Shown: one piece after another, positions 1 to 10,089 of the stretch
Numbering within the stretch: position 1 is the first letter of the stretch
How the letters are laid out: each line of letters opens with the position of its first letter
Assembly (NCBI GenBank): GCA_026387235.1
Contig: JAPLMD010000066.1
Span: 1 to 49,988, forward strand
Reading direction: 5' to 3'
Length of the DNA: 49,988 nucleotides
From: Candidatus Omnitrophota bacterium
Lineage (GTDB): Bacteria > Omnitrophota > Gorgyraeia > Gorgyraeales > Gorgyraeaceae
Notes under the pieces: model-generated
What the model was told of the DNA's origin: nothing
Seen by the model: the letters and a program-made list of their open reading frames with translations, nothing else
Database searches by the model: none
Made by a program: the position numbers and the translations under genes

Positions 1-997
1 GGAGATTTGCAGCATGCTTAGAAAAACGGATAAAAATATTACATTAGCCGTGAATAAAGTGGACAGCGGAAGCTTAACGCAGAAGGCTAATGATTTTTAC
101 GGTTTAGGCTTTGGAGAGCCTATGTTCATATCCAGCTTGCATGGCCTGGGAATAGGAGATCTTTTAGATAAAGTTATGCGTAATATTGAGCAGCCTAATA
201 ACCAGAGCAGAAGCTTGGAACACGCCGTAAAACTTGCTGTTATTGGTAAGCCAAACGTTGGAAAATCCTCTTTTGTTAACAGTATTTTAGGAGAAGATAG
301 GATTACTGTCAGCGACATCCCCGGCACCACAAGAGATTCAATCGACACATACTTTGAGAAAGACAGAAAATCTTTTGTTATAATTGACACGGCAGGCATA
401 CGCTCAAAGAGCAAGATAAAAGACGCTGTCACTTATTTCAGTATATTGCGCACCGAAGAGAGCATTAAAAGAAGCGACGTGGCTGTGATAATTGCGGATG
501 CGCCGCTTGGGATAACTAAAGAGGAGCACAAGATAATAGACCTTGTCCAGAAAAATTTTAAGCCGTTTATCCTGGCTATAAATAAATGGGACCTGGCGGA
601 AAAAGAAGGCGTAAAGCAAGTTGGATACGAAAAAGTAATCCGCGAAAATATCAGGTTTATGTATAATGCGCCTATTGTTTTTATATCCGCGTTAAGAAAA
701 ATAAATCTCATGGCAGTGATTGATCTGGCGCATGAGCTGGCAGAAATAACCAGAAAGAATTTTTCAACAAGCGATTTAAACGCTATTCTGAAATCTATAG
801 AGTTTTATCCGACAAAGCTTTATTCCATAAGGCAGATAAAAAATTCTCCGCCTGAGTTTGAGGTTATCGCGAAAAGCCCGGAAGCGATAAACAATTCCGA
901 AGTAAATCACCTAGTCAATATATTCAGGAAAAAGTTGAATCTGGAAGGAGTTCCCGTGGTTATAAGGTTTAAAAGAAAGACATTTAAGTCCCGTTAA
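1..997 (+). CDS. der: Ribosome biogenesis GTPase Der/EngA (5' end lies outside the window)
   Basis: End of GD1 (NKVD, SSLHGLG), complete GD2 (GKPNVGKSS, GTTRD, DTAG, NKWD) and a short KH-like C-terminus; the frame is open from the window start. Confidence 0.95.
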   Translation, partial: EICSMLRKTDKNITLAVNKVDSGSLTQKANDFYGLGFGEPMFISSLHGLGIGDLLDKVMRNIEQPNNQSRSLEHAVKLAVIGKPNVGKSSFVNSILGEDRITVSDIPGTTRDSIDTYFEKDRKSFVIIDTAGIRSKSKIKDAVTYFSILRTEESIKRSDVAVIIADAPLGITKEEHKIIDLVQKNFKPFILAINKWDLAEKEGVKQVGYEKVIRENIRFMYNAPIVFISALRKINLMAVIDLAHELAEITRKNFSTSDLNAILKSIEFYPTKLYSIRQIKNSPPEFEVIAKSPEAINNSEVNHLVNIFRKKLNLEGVPVVIRFKRKTFKSR

Positions 998-1051
998 TGC
1001 TACAAAACAAATCATACTTGCTTAGTAACATATGAAAGGTTAGGAGGGCAT

Positions 1052-1681
1052 GTGGGGTATATTATATTATTTCTTGGGTTTGTGGCAGCTTACATAATCG
1101 GGTCTATTCCTACGGCATATATATTCGGCAGGGTTATTAAAGGCATAGATATACGCGAATACGGCAGCGGGAACGTCGGAGCTACAAACGTATTCAGGGT
1201 TATAGGCAAGGTGCCCGGCATAATAGTTCTTATGATAGACATCGTCAAAGGCCTCATCTGCGTAACTTATCTTGCTTCCGGGTTTTTATATCTGGCGCCT
1301 GTCACAAGGCCCGAACTTTACAGGATACTGGTTGGACTTTTCGCAATAGCTGGGCACAATTGGACGCTATTTCTTAAATTTAAAGGCGGCAAGGGCGTTG
1401 CTGCAAGCGCTGGCGTAGTGATAGGGCTTATACCTAAGATATCCTGGCTCGGATTCATGGTCTGGCTGATCACGTTTTTTATAACAGGATTTGTATCTCT
1501 CGCATCCATCATAGCGGTTATCTCAGTTCCGATTTTTACGCTTGCATTCGGAGAGCCCGTAGAAATAATTATTTTCACGTGTCTTTTATGCCTGATAATA
1601 GTCCATAGACATAAATCAAACATCAGGCGCCTGGCAAGAGGCGAAGAAAAGAGAATAGCGTTTTTTAAGAAGAAAAAATGA
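1052..1681 (+). CDS. plsY: Glycerol-3-phosphate acyltransferase PlsY
   Basis: GSIP, DIREYGSGNVGATN, FKGGKGVA and HKSNIRRL motifs; multiple TM segments; follows der. Confidence 0.95.
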   Translation: MGYIILFLGFVAAYIIGSIPTAYIFGRVIKGIDIREYGSGNVGATNVFRVIGKVPGIIVLMIDIVKGLICVTYLASGFLYLAPVTRPELYRILVGLFAIAGHNWTLFLKFKGGKGVAASAGVVIGLIPKISWLGFMVWLITFFITGFVSLASIIAVISVPIFTLAFGEPVEIIIFTCLLCLIIVHRHKSNIRRLARGEEKRIAFFKKKK

Positions 1682-3627
1682 AAAAAATTTTTGACAAAAA
1701 CGGCCCAATAGCCAAGGCCATGCCCGGGTATGAGGTGAGGCATGAGCAGATAGAAATGGCAGAGGCTATTGAGAGCGCCATACAGCATTCAGAGCAGTTG
1801 ATTGTAGAGGCTGGGACCGGCATAGGTAAAAGTTTTGCTTATCTGGTGCCGCTTGCAGAATACGCGCTTGAAAACAAAACTCTCGGCATAGTTTCCACAA
1901 ACACTATAAGCCTTCAGGAACAAATTATTCATAAAGACATACCTTTTCTGGAAAAATTCCTGGATAAAGATTTTAAAGCAGTACTTGTGAAAGGCAGGAA
2001 TAATTATCTGTGCCTGAGAAGGCTGCATAGGTCTGAGTTTCAGCAGAAAGATCTTTTTTCTGACCAGTACGAGTTAACAGAATTTACAAAGATTTTTGCC
2101 TGGTCGTATAAAACGCAGGACGGTACGCTTTACGACTTGGAAGAAGAGCCTGATTCAAAGGTTTGGAGCCTGATTTCAGCTGATTCAGAAACCTGCCTTG
2201 GCAAAAATTGCCAGTATTATAAAAGATGTTTTTTTCAGAAAGCCAGAGAAAAAATAAGCGAAGCGAGGATATTGGTTGTGAACCATCATTTATTTTTTTC
2301 GAACCTGGCGCTGGAGAAAGAGCAGAAAAACATATTTCCTGAATGGGACGCGCTTGTGTTCGACGAGGCGCATAGCATCGAAGGCGTAGCTACGGAACAT
2401 CTGGGCGCAAGCATATCAAATACAGGCATAAAATATCTACTGGACCTTTTGTTTAACTTAAAAAAACAAAAAGGGTTTTTGTTGGCCGTAGGCGATCAGA
2501 ATAGCATGGAAATGGTGGAGCAGATACGCAGGAGATCAGACGCATTTTTTAAGGACGCAAAGGAATATTTTGACGCAAACGCGAAAAAAGAAGATTCTGA
2601 CACGCTCAGGATCAAGGAGAAAAATTTTATAGAAAACAACCTGTCGTTACCTTTGCATGACCTGGCGGAATCGCTTCTAGCCGCTAAAAAAAGCGCGAAG
2701 GATAAAGAAGATGAGATGGAAATAGCCAGTTTCGCCAGGAAAATAAGCGGCCTAAAAGATTCCGTGGAACTTATACTTAACCAGGCAATGGGAAATTATG
2801 TATACTGGATGGAATGCTCCAAAAATAAAAAGGTAAACAGGATTTCTATAAATATGGCTCCTGTAAATATAGGCGAAATATTAAAAGAAAGGCTTTTTAA
2901 TGAGGAAAAACCGATTATTCTGACAAGCGCAACGCTCTCAGTGGGCAATGGTTCGTTCGAGTATTTTAAGGCTAGGGTTGGGGCAAGAAAAGCCATAGAG
3001 TTGAAGATGGGTTCCCCGTTTGACTACAAAAACCAGGTCAGGATGTATATAGCGAAAGACATGCCTAATCCCGATAATGTGACTGATTATGCGGCCAAAG
3101 CGGCAGATAGAATAAAACGATACCTGAGCCTTACAAATGGAAACGCATTCGTGCTTTTTACAAGCTATTCTCTGATGAATATCGTCTATGAGGAACTTGA
3201 GGGATATCTTATTCAGAAGGGTTTTAACGTTTTAAGGCAGGGCAATGGTTTGAGCAGAAGTAAAATGCTTGCCAGTTTTAAAAAAGAGTCAGGGTCTGTG
3301 CTTTTCGGAGTGGACACATTCTGGCAGGGCATAGATGTTCAAGGCAAAGCCCTCTCTAATGTAATTATAACAAAACTGCCTTTTGCGGTCCCTGATCATC
3401 CGGTTATCGAAGCAAGAATAGAGGATATAAAAAAAAGAGGAGGCGACGCTTTTCTGGAGTATAATCTGCCGGAAGCTGTCCTTAAATTTAAACAGGGGTT
3501 TGGCAGATTAATTCGCAGCAAGAAAGATACCGGCATAATAGCTATTCTTGACAGCCGCATAATAAACAAATTTTATGGCAGGGCATTCTTGAGTTCTATT
3601 CCAAAATGTGATATAATCATTGAATAA
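1678..3627 (+). CDS. DinG/YoaA family Fe-S ATP-dependent DNA helicase
   Basis: EAGTGIGKS, KGRNNYLC, Cys cluster CLGKNCQYYKRC, DEAH, TSATL, QGFGRLIRS. Confidence 0.92.
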   Translation: MKKIFDKNGPIAKAMPGYEVRHEQIEMAEAIESAIQHSEQLIVEAGTGIGKSFAYLVPLAEYALENKTLGIVSTNTISLQEQIIHKDIPFLEKFLDKDFKAVLVKGRNNYLCLRRLHRSEFQQKDLFSDQYELTEFTKIFAWSYKTQDGTLYDLEEEPDSKVWSLISADSETCLGKNCQYYKRCFFQKAREKISEARILVVNHHLFFSNLALEKEQKNIFPEWDALVFDEAHSIEGVATEHLGASISNTGIKYLLDLLFNLKKQKGFLLAVGDQNSMEMVEQIRRRSDAFFKDAKEYFDANAKKEDSDTLRIKEKNFIENNLSLPLHDLAESLLAAKKSAKDKEDEMEIASFARKISGLKDSVELILNQAMGNYVYWMECSKNKKVNRISINMAPVNIGEILKERLFNEEKPIILTSATLSVGNGSFEYFKARVGARKAIELKMGSPFDYKNQVRMYIAKDMPNPDNVTDYAAKAADRIKRYLSLTNGNAFVLFTSYSLMNIVYEELEGYLIQKGFNVLRQGNGLSRSKMLASFKKESGSVLFGVDTFWQGIDVQGKALSNVIITKLPFAVPDHPVIEARIEDIKKRGGDAFLEYNLPEAVLKFKQGFGRLIRSKKDTGIIAILDSRIINKFYGRAFLSSIPKCDIIIE

Positions 3628-3642
3628 AAGATATAAAAAAAC

Positions 3643-3671
3643 TTGACAATCTCAGGTATAGAAGGTATACT
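3643..3671 (+). promoter_or_regulatory. Sigma70-type promoter
   Basis: TTGACA (3643-3648), 17-bp spacer, TATACT (3666-3671), 40 bp upstream of the 3712 ATG. Confidence 0.8.
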
Positions 3672-3711
3672 AGTAACAGTTTTAAAATGTATTTAATAAA
3701 GGGGGTTTTGC

Positions 3712-5202
3712 ATGGATAAAGCTTTAAAGTCGTTGTCAGCTATTGTGGCGCTTAGTTTTATCGGAATAAGCTTGTGTTCTGCTGAAACAATTTGGGAAAA
3801 GCGGCAAAAGGCAATTAAGGCTGAAACTCAGCCCCAGGCTGAGCAGAAAGCAGAAGAAATAGCAGAGCCTGATACTTCTGACTATAATGAAGAAGATATA
3901 GCAATGCCTGCAAAACCGGTTACCCTTGATCCAACAGACCCCTTTAACATAACTGTCCCAGCCATGTATGGCACAATAATAGATTCATATAAAGGTACGA
4001 ATGGCAAGCTGATAGTCCATATCCAGGATGCGCATGCAAATTACGAGGCGCAGAAAAATATAGCAGGAATAATAGGAGCACTGGTTGATGACTATAATAT
4101 AAATTTAGTTCTTATGGAAGGGAAGTTGACAGATAGAGACTTTAAATATTTAAGATACAGGGCTCCAATGGAAGTAAGAGAGGAGATAGCAGACAATCTT
4201 TTGAAAAAAGGAGATTTTAATGGGGTTAATTATCTTGACCTGTCTTCCTCTTATCCTATATCCATTCAAGGGGTAGAGGATAAAAATCTTTACGATTCTA
4301 ACGGTATGTTTTTATTGGAAATGGATAAATTTAAAGATAGTGCATTGGAATATTTGAATAAAATGTCAGAGGCAGGGCAGAAGATAAAGGAAAAGGTTTA
4401 TAATCAGGACCTATTGTCTTTGGACAAGGCAAAGAAAGATTACGAAAATGAAACAATAGATCTTTTAGGTTATTACAGGATATTAAATGATGCAATAAAG
4501 AAAAAGGGCATAAGCGTATCCGAATTTACTAATTTCGCAAATCTTATGAAGATAGATGATATGGAGAAAAAGATAGATTTCGTAAAGATAAATACAGGCG
4601 CGGCTACGGATGAGCAAAAGGCCCTTTACAAAGAATATCAAGACAGCCTTAAAAATCTAAATGTAAGTAAGCTATTTAAAGAAGAATTGCCAGCAGAAGG
4701 CAAGGTCTTGAATTCTATTTCAGAAAATGACAATCAAAAAGAGCTTATCAAAATCTCAAAGGCTATATCAATATTGGATAAGATGTTAAGGATTAAGCTT
4801 GTGCCTGAGGAATACGGATATTTTCTGAGTAATAAAAAAGATTTTGATCCCAAGAAATGGGCAGATTTTTTAAAGAAAGAATCTGATGAACTTGCGCTAG
4901 GCCTGCAGATTCCTGAAAATTATTATGTAATAACCGACAACATAACCACCATAGAAAAATTTTACAGCACGGCTACAGAAAGAGAAAAAACATTTGTAAA
5001 CAAGTCTGACGAAAAAATAAAAAAGGATAATGTAAACTCAGCTATCCTTATTGCAGGCGGTTTTCACACTCCTTCGCTAACCCAGCTATTGAGTGAAGCG
5101 GGTTATTCATATATAGTCATAAGCCCAAAGGTTACAACAAAAACAGATGATAACCTTTACAGGGAGACCCTTAAAAGAGAATGGGACCCAGCAATAAAAT
5201 AA
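3712..5202 (+). CDS. Secreted hypothetical protein; possible TIKI/TraB/EreA/ChaN-superfamily fold
   Basis: 496-aa ORF with signal peptide (..ISLCSA) and motifs IVHIQDAH, LVLMEG, EREKTF, ILIAGGFH; the fold is an inference. Confidence 0.7.
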   Translation: MDKALKSLSAIVALSFIGISLCSAETIWEKRQKAIKAETQPQAEQKAEEIAEPDTSDYNEEDIAMPAKPVTLDPTDPFNITVPAMYGTIIDSYKGTNGKLIVHIQDAHANYEAQKNIAGIIGALVDDYNINLVLMEGKLTDRDFKYLRYRAPMEVREEIADNLLKKGDFNGVNYLDLSSSYPISIQGVEDKNLYDSNGMFLLEMDKFKDSALEYLNKMSEAGQKIKEKVYNQDLLSLDKAKKDYENETIDLLGYYRILNDAIKKKGISVSEFTNFANLMKIDDMEKKIDFVKINTGAATDEQKALYKEYQDSLKNLNVSKLFKEELPAEGKVLNSISENDNQKELIKISKAISILDKMLRIKLVPEEYGYFLSNKKDFDPKKWADFLKKESDELALGLQIPENYYVITDNITTIEKFYSTATEREKTFVNKSDEKIKKDNVNSAILIAGGFHTPSLTQLLSEAGYSYIVISPKVTTKTDDNLYRETLKREWDPAIK

Positions 5203-5219
5203 TAAAAAGGAGGGGAAAT

Positions 5220-6359
5220 ATGAAGGTGAACAGATTTTTAATGCTATTGTGCATTGCAGCTTTGATTAGTATTTTTGTTTTTGGGACAAGAGATTTAATA
5301 TTTGCAAAAGGAGCAGTAGTTGTAGAAGAGGCACAAGGAGGTACTACTGCTGTTGAAGGACAAATGCCGTCAACAACACCTGGGACAGAAGATAAAGGCT
5401 CTCCTATGCATGCTTGGAAAGCTATTGTAACAGCTGGTAAAAAAGAAGGTGATATTATAACAAGCGAAGAATTTGCCGGCATGAGAAACTGGTCAGCCAG
5501 AACAAGAGGCTATGAATTACAAAGCTTAGTTGTAATAGGTGTTTTGGCGCCAACTGGCACAAAAGGCGAATATAAGCTCGTGGTAGGTGCTACTACAGAT
5601 CAGATAGACCAGATTAATGAGCGGGCTAAACCATTCGTTGGTAGAACAGGTACAAATGGAGCAGCTTTAGGCATTGATAGCTATAGGTTGGATTCAGCTT
5701 ATTTAGGTCAAGGTAATGTTGCAGCTGGAAACTATGCTGCAGAAGCAATAAATGTTATAGTAAAAGATGTAACCAAGACAACAGCAGAAGTTAAAGCAGC
5801 TGCTAATACAAATTTTACAGGAGAGATAGCTGATGGGAAAGTTTTACCTGCAGCAGTTGCTATTAACGGAGATGTACCATTTACAATAAACGGTATAACT
5901 ATTTCAGGAAAAGATATGGATATATATCCCATCGAAGCGCAAGCTGTCTTAGCAGCATTGGTAGACATAAGGATAGTTTCTCCCGAAGGTAAAATTAAAG
6001 GCCAGGCTTGCGATTTTAGTGCAACAAAAGCTAAGACAGTAATGTTTAAAGATGTGTTTGTTACTGACAACCCAAGCGGATTTAAAGAAGAATTTGGCAA
6101 ATTGGCTAACGATGTAACAGCCGTCATTGTGGCAATAGATAAAAATGATGCTGAAATAAGGAAAGGCCTTGAGGACGCTGGGTTATTGCAAGAATGGGGG
6201 AAGAGGATAATAGTTATGGGCGTAAAGCCTGCATCTCCAGCATCTCAGGCATTTGCAAGATTGTTTGGCGACAGTAATATCATTGATCTGCGCGGTCAGA
6301 CTATAGACAAGATTCTTAAAGACAGAGACCTGATAGCAGGGTTAAAAGGCGCAGTATAA
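5220..6359 (+). CDS. Secreted or membrane-anchored hypothetical protein
   Basis: AGGAGGG SD at 5208-5214, ATG 5220, hydrophobic N-terminus, Ala/Gly/Thr/Val-rich; followed by a terminator. Confidence 0.8.
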   Translation: MKVNRFLMLLCIAALISIFVFGTRDLIFAKGAVVVEEAQGGTTAVEGQMPSTTPGTEDKGSPMHAWKAIVTAGKKEGDIITSEEFAGMRNWSARTRGYELQSLVVIGVLAPTGTKGEYKLVVGATTDQIDQINERAKPFVGRTGTNGAALGIDSYRLDSAYLGQGNVAAGNYAAEAINVIVKDVTKTTAEVKAAANTNFTGEIADGKVLPAAVAINGDVPFTINGITISGKDMDIYPIEAQAVLAALVDIRIVSPEGKIKGQACDFSATKAKTVMFKDVFVTDNPSGFKEEFGKLANDVTAVIVAIDKNDAEIRKGLEDAGLLQEWGKRIIVMGVKPASPASQAFARLFGDSNIIDLRGQTIDKILKDRDLIAGLKGAV

Positions 6360-6386
6360 TATAATTTAGATCAGCTGATTTATTTT

Positions 6387-6427
6387 ACCCCGCCCTTTCT
6401 AAAATTTAAAAAAGGGCGGGGTTTTTT
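6387..6427 (+). terminator. Rho-independent terminator
   Basis: ACCCCGCCCTTT...AAAGGGCGGGGT stem followed by a T-run. Confidence 0.85.
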
Positions 6428-6568
6428 AATGAGGCCACAATTTACGGAACGTAGTGACGTAAATTGTATAGGCCGAATTAATCCCGAGGATGCGACTAAG
6501 AGGAGCATTCGAGGGATCTAATTGAGATTGGCTTCGCCCTGAGGGCTTGGCGCTTCCTCGCAATGACA
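6428..6568. repeat. Cluster of nested palindromic (REP-like) elements
   Basis: ACAATTTACG-GA-AC-GTA-GT-GA-CGTAAATTGT; ATCCC-GA-G..ATGC-GA-CT-AAG-AG-GA-GCAT..C-GA-GGGAT; minus-strand TGTCATTGCGAGG...CAATCTC. Confidence 0.75.
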
Positions 6569-6585
6569 CTTTTCCCTTGATTCTA

Positions 6586-6614
6586 TTGACAAATGATTCT
6601 TTTTTCTATATAAT
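6586..6614 (+). promoter_or_regulatory. Consensus sigma70 promoter of trpBA
   Basis: TTGACA (6586-6591), 17 bp, TATAAT (6609-6614). Confidence 0.85.
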
Positions 6615-6640
6615 TTATATTCTATATTGGAGATATGTAG

Positions 6641-7816
6641 ATGTTACCTGATAAATACGGTAAATTTGGCGTATTTGGCGGAAAGTTTGTGCCTGAAACG
6701 CTCATGATAGCTCTTGAAGAGCTTGAAAAAGAATATAAAAAAACGCAGAAAGACGCTAAATTCAAAAAAGAATTAGATAATTTACTGGAAGTCTACGCAG
6801 GCAGGCCTACGCCGCTCTACCTAGCGAAAAACTTATCTAAAAAAACCAAAAGAAAAATATATTTAAAAAGAGAAGATCTTCTTCATACCGGCGCCCATAA
6901 GATAAACAATACTTTAGGCCAGGTGCTTCTGGCCGTTAAGATGGGAAAAACCCGCATCATCGCGGAAACAGGCGCGGGACAGCATGGGCTAGCTACTGCG
7001 ACCAGCGCAGCGCTATTCGGGCTTCCGTGCGAAGTATATATGGGAGAAGAAGATATTCACAGGCAGGCTCTTAATGTATTTAAGATGAGGCTTCTCGGCG
7101 CGAAAGTAATACCTGTTTATTCGGGAAGCAAAACCCTGAAAGACGCTACAAGCGAAGCAATAAGAGATTGGGTTACGAACGTAAGGAACACGTATTACGT
7201 CATAGGTTCTGCCATAGGCCCGCACCCGTATCCGATGATGGTCAGGGATTTTCAGTCAGTGATAGGCAAGGAGACAAAAAAACAGATTCTTAAATATGAA
7301 AAAAGACTTCCTGACTATATGGTTGCGTGTGTCGGCGGCGGAAGCAACGCAATGGGGTTTTTCCACCCATTTTTTAAAACAGGTGTAAAGCTTATCGGAG
7401 TGGAGGCAGGCGGATTAGGGCTTAATACGGAAAAGCACGGGGCAAGTCTTTGCAAAGGGGCTGTGGGTATTTTACATGGAACCAAGAGCTATCTATTGCA
7501 GGATAAAGACGGCCAGGTGAGAATAGCTCATTCCATATCTGCGGGATTGGATTATCCGGGCACAGGACCTGAACATTCTTATTATAAAGAAACCGGCCGC
7601 GCTGAATATGCGGCAATAACGGATAAAGAAGCGCTTCAGGGATTTAAGATGCTTACAGAACAGGAGGGCATAATACCCGCTTTGGAATCAAGTCATGCGA
7701 TATATTATGCTGTTAAAAAATTAGCTCCAAAAGTAAGTAAAGATAAAATCATAGCAGTCTGCCTTTCAGGCAGAGGCGATAAAGACATTGATATAATTAA
7801 AAATGAATCGCATTGA
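6641..7816 (+). CDS. trpB: Tryptophan synthase beta subunit
   Basis: [45 protein letters not shown]. Confidence 0.98.
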   Translation: MLPDKYGKFGVFGGKFVPETLMIALEELEKEYKKTQKDAKFKKELDNLLEVYAGRPTPLYLAKNLSKKTKRKIYLKREDLLHTGAHKINNTLGQVLLAVKMGKTRIIAETGAGQHGLATATSAALFGLPCEVYMGEEDIHRQALNVFKMRLLGAKVIPVYSGSKTLKDATSEAIRDWVTNVRNTYYVIGSAIGPHPYPMMVRDFQSVIGKETKKQILKYEKRLPDYMVACVGGGSNAMGFFHPFFKTGVKLIGVEAGGLGLNTEKHGASLCKGAVGILHGTKSYLLQDKDGQVRIAHSISAGLDYPGTGPEHSYYKETGRAEYAAITDKEALQGFKMLTEQEGIIPALESSHAIYYAVKKLAPKVSKDKIIAVCLSGRGDKDIDIIKNESH

Positions 7817-8591
7817 TAAAAAATTTAAAGAATTGCGGGAAGATAATAAGAAAGCTTTTATTGCTTTTATAATGGCAGGGGATCCATCTTTAGCCATCAC
7901 AAAAAAATTGATACTTGAATTAGACAAGCAAGGCGCGGATGTTATTGAGCTTGGCGTGCCTTTTTCTGATCCTATTGCTGACGGCCCAACCATACAAAAG
8001 GCTTCAGAGAGAGGTTTAAAAAGCAGGACAACTCTTGCCGATGTATTTAAGATAGCGAGGAGTGTCAGATCCATAATACAGACTCCGATAGTCTTTTTGA
8101 TGTACTACAATCTGGTTTTTCACTATGGGCTCGAAAGATTCGTAAAAGATGCTATATTTTCAGGCGTTGACGGCGTTATCATACCGGATCTTCCCGTGGA
8201 AGAGTCAAAAGATTTGCGGATGATTGCGAAAAGGCATGCCTTTTCAGTGATACATCTTTTGGCTCCGACCAGTTCTATTGAAAGAATAAAAAAAGTCAGC
8301 AATGCTTCAACAGGTTTTATATATTATGTTTCCCTTACCGGAACAACCGGAACCAGGGTAAAATTGCCGAAAGAACTGAAGTTGAGCATAAAAAATATAA
8401 AAAAGATTACCAAAAAACCTGTTTGCGCTGGATTTGGTATATCTACTCCCGAACAGGTAAAAGAGGTTCAGAAGGCGGCTGACGGAGCAATTGTAGGGAG
8501 CGCGATTGTAAAAGTTATTGAAAAAAATATCAGGAAGAAAGATTTAGTAAAAAAAGTCGGAAGTTTTGTAAGAACTCTAAAGGGGGCTTAA
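7803..8591 (+). CDS. trpA: Tryptophan synthase alpha subunit
   Basis: [40 protein letters not shown]. Confidence 0.98.
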   Translation: MNRIDKKFKELREDNKKAFIAFIMAGDPSLAITKKLILELDKQGADVIELGVPFSDPIADGPTIQKASERGLKSRTTLADVFKIARSVRSIIQTPIVFLMYYNLVFHYGLERFVKDAIFSGVDGVIIPDLPVEESKDLRMIAKRHAFSVIHLLAPTSSIERIKKVSNASTGFIYYVSLTGTTGTRVKLPKELKLSIKNIKKITKKPVCAGFGISTPEQVKEVQKAADGAIVGSAIVKVIEKNIRKKDLVKKVGSFVRTLKGA

Positions 8592-8594
8592 TTT

Positions 8595-9653
8595 ATGTAC
8601 GCAGTTATAATGGCAGGCGGAAAAGGCGAAAGGCTTTGGCCGAAGAGCACTCGCGGTAAAGCAAAACACATAATATCTCTTGGAACAAGAAATGCGATGA
8701 TTCATGAGACCATTAAGAGGTTAAAAGAAAATTTACCCACAGAGAATATATTTCTCGTAACCACCAAGGATCAGTTTCACAGCCTGAAGCCTTACGTAGC
8801 AAGCCTCAAAAAAGAAAATATTATACTGGAACCTTTCGGCAGAGATACGGCTCCCGCGATATGCCTCAGCGCGCTCATTCTTGAAAAAAGATTCGGAGAC
8901 CCGACAATGGTAATTCTGCCTGCGGATCATATAATAAAAAACACAAAGACGTTTTTTAAGGATCTGGTTTCCGCGAAAAAGGCCGCAGAATCCGGATCAA
9001 ACCTTTTGACAATAGGCATAAAGCCCAGGTACCCGTCCGTAGGTTATGGGTACATGGAAATCGGCAAAAAATTCCAGGGATATTACGGCATAAAAAGATT
9101 TATAGAGAAGCCTAAAAAAGCAAAAGCAGAGGCATTGTATAAAAATAAAAAATATCTATGGAATAGCGGTATCTTTATCTGGAAGACAAGCTCCGCATTG
9201 AGCATGATGAAAAAGTACATGCCGGATATCTATTACAGCCTCGAAGACATTTCCAGGCTTGAAGGGAAAGCAGGTTATTCCCTAAGGCTAGAGAACGAAT
9301 ATTCTAGGTTTAATCCGATTTCCATAGATTACGCCATCATGGAGCCTGTTTCAAAGAACGAGCGCAATAAAATATTTTGCATAAAAGCAGATTTTGACTG
9401 GGTGGATATAGGGTCATGGTCGAGCATCGAAGAGATATACGATAAAGATTCGGATGGGAATATCATACTTTCTAATTCAAGCATGATAGACGTGAAGAAC
9501 TCTATCGTAGTAGGGGACAAAGATCATAAAATAGGGGTTATAGGGCTTAAGGATATAATAATAGTGCAGACGAAATCAGGAACTCTTGTTTGCAACAAGG
9601 CGAGGGCGCAAGAGGTAAAAGACCTGGTTAAGACTTTCAGGGTTTTTGAATAG
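8595..9653 (+). CDS. Mannose-1-phosphate guanylyltransferase (no PMI domain)
   Basis: AVIMAGGKGERLWP, EPFGRDTAPA, PADH, FIEKP, WNSGIF, SIDYAIME, DIGSW. Confidence 0.92.
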   Translation: MYAVIMAGGKGERLWPKSTRGKAKHIISLGTRNAMIHETIKRLKENLPTENIFLVTTKDQFHSLKPYVASLKKENIILEPFGRDTAPAICLSALILEKRFGDPTMVILPADHIIKNTKTFFKDLVSAKKAAESGSNLLTIGIKPRYPSVGYGYMEIGKKFQGYYGIKRFIEKPKKAKAEALYKNKKYLWNSGIFIWKTSSALSMMKKYMPDIYYSLEDISRLEGKAGYSLRLENEYSRFNPISIDYAIMEPVSKNERNKIFCIKADFDWVDIGSWSSIEEIYDKDSDGNIILSNSSMIDVKNSIVVGDKDHKIGVIGLKDIIIVQTKSGTLVCNKARAQEVKDLVKTFRVFE

Positions 9654-9654
9654 C

Positions 9655-10083
9655 ATGCAGAGAATACTCGCGCTTGACTTTGGAGAGAAACGCATAGGTG
9701 TTGCCGTAAGCGACGCATTGAATATAATAGCGCAATCTGTCGGAACAATAGAGCGTAAAGGCATAAAAAACGATATAAAAAATATACGGGATCTGGTGGA
9801 AGAGCATGATGCGGCGAAGCTGATCGTAGGGCTTCCTTTAAACATGAATGGCACTGAGGGAAAAAGCGCGAACCTTGCTATAGATTTTGTCAACGAATTG
9901 AAGAAAGAAATTAACATCCGGGTGGAGATGATCGATGAGCGCCTTACTACTGCACAAGGCGAGCGGATTTTTTTAGAGGCAGATCTCTCGAGAAAAAAGC
10001 GTAAAAAAAATATAGACAAAATAGCAGCGCAGTTAATTCTGCAGAATTATTTAGATTCCTATAAGCACAAGAAAACTTCATAG
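9655..10083 (+). CDS. ruvX: YqgF/RuvX pre-16S rRNA nuclease
   Basis: RILALDFGEKRIGVAVSD, VGLPLNMNG, DERLTT, IDKIAAQLILQ. Confidence 0.95.
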   Translation: MQRILALDFGEKRIGVAVSDALNIIAQSVGTIERKGIKNDIKNIRDLVEEHDAAKLIVGLPLNMNGTEGKSANLAIDFVNELKKEINIRVEMIDERLTTAQGERIFLEADLSRKKRKKNIDKIAAQLILQNYLDSYKHKKTS

Positions 10084-10089
10084 GTTAAA

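Noticed and set aside
6428-6640. trp attenuator or T-box upstream of trpB
   Set aside because: The hairpins lie upstream of the consensus promoter; no Trp-rich leader peptide or T-box motif is seen.
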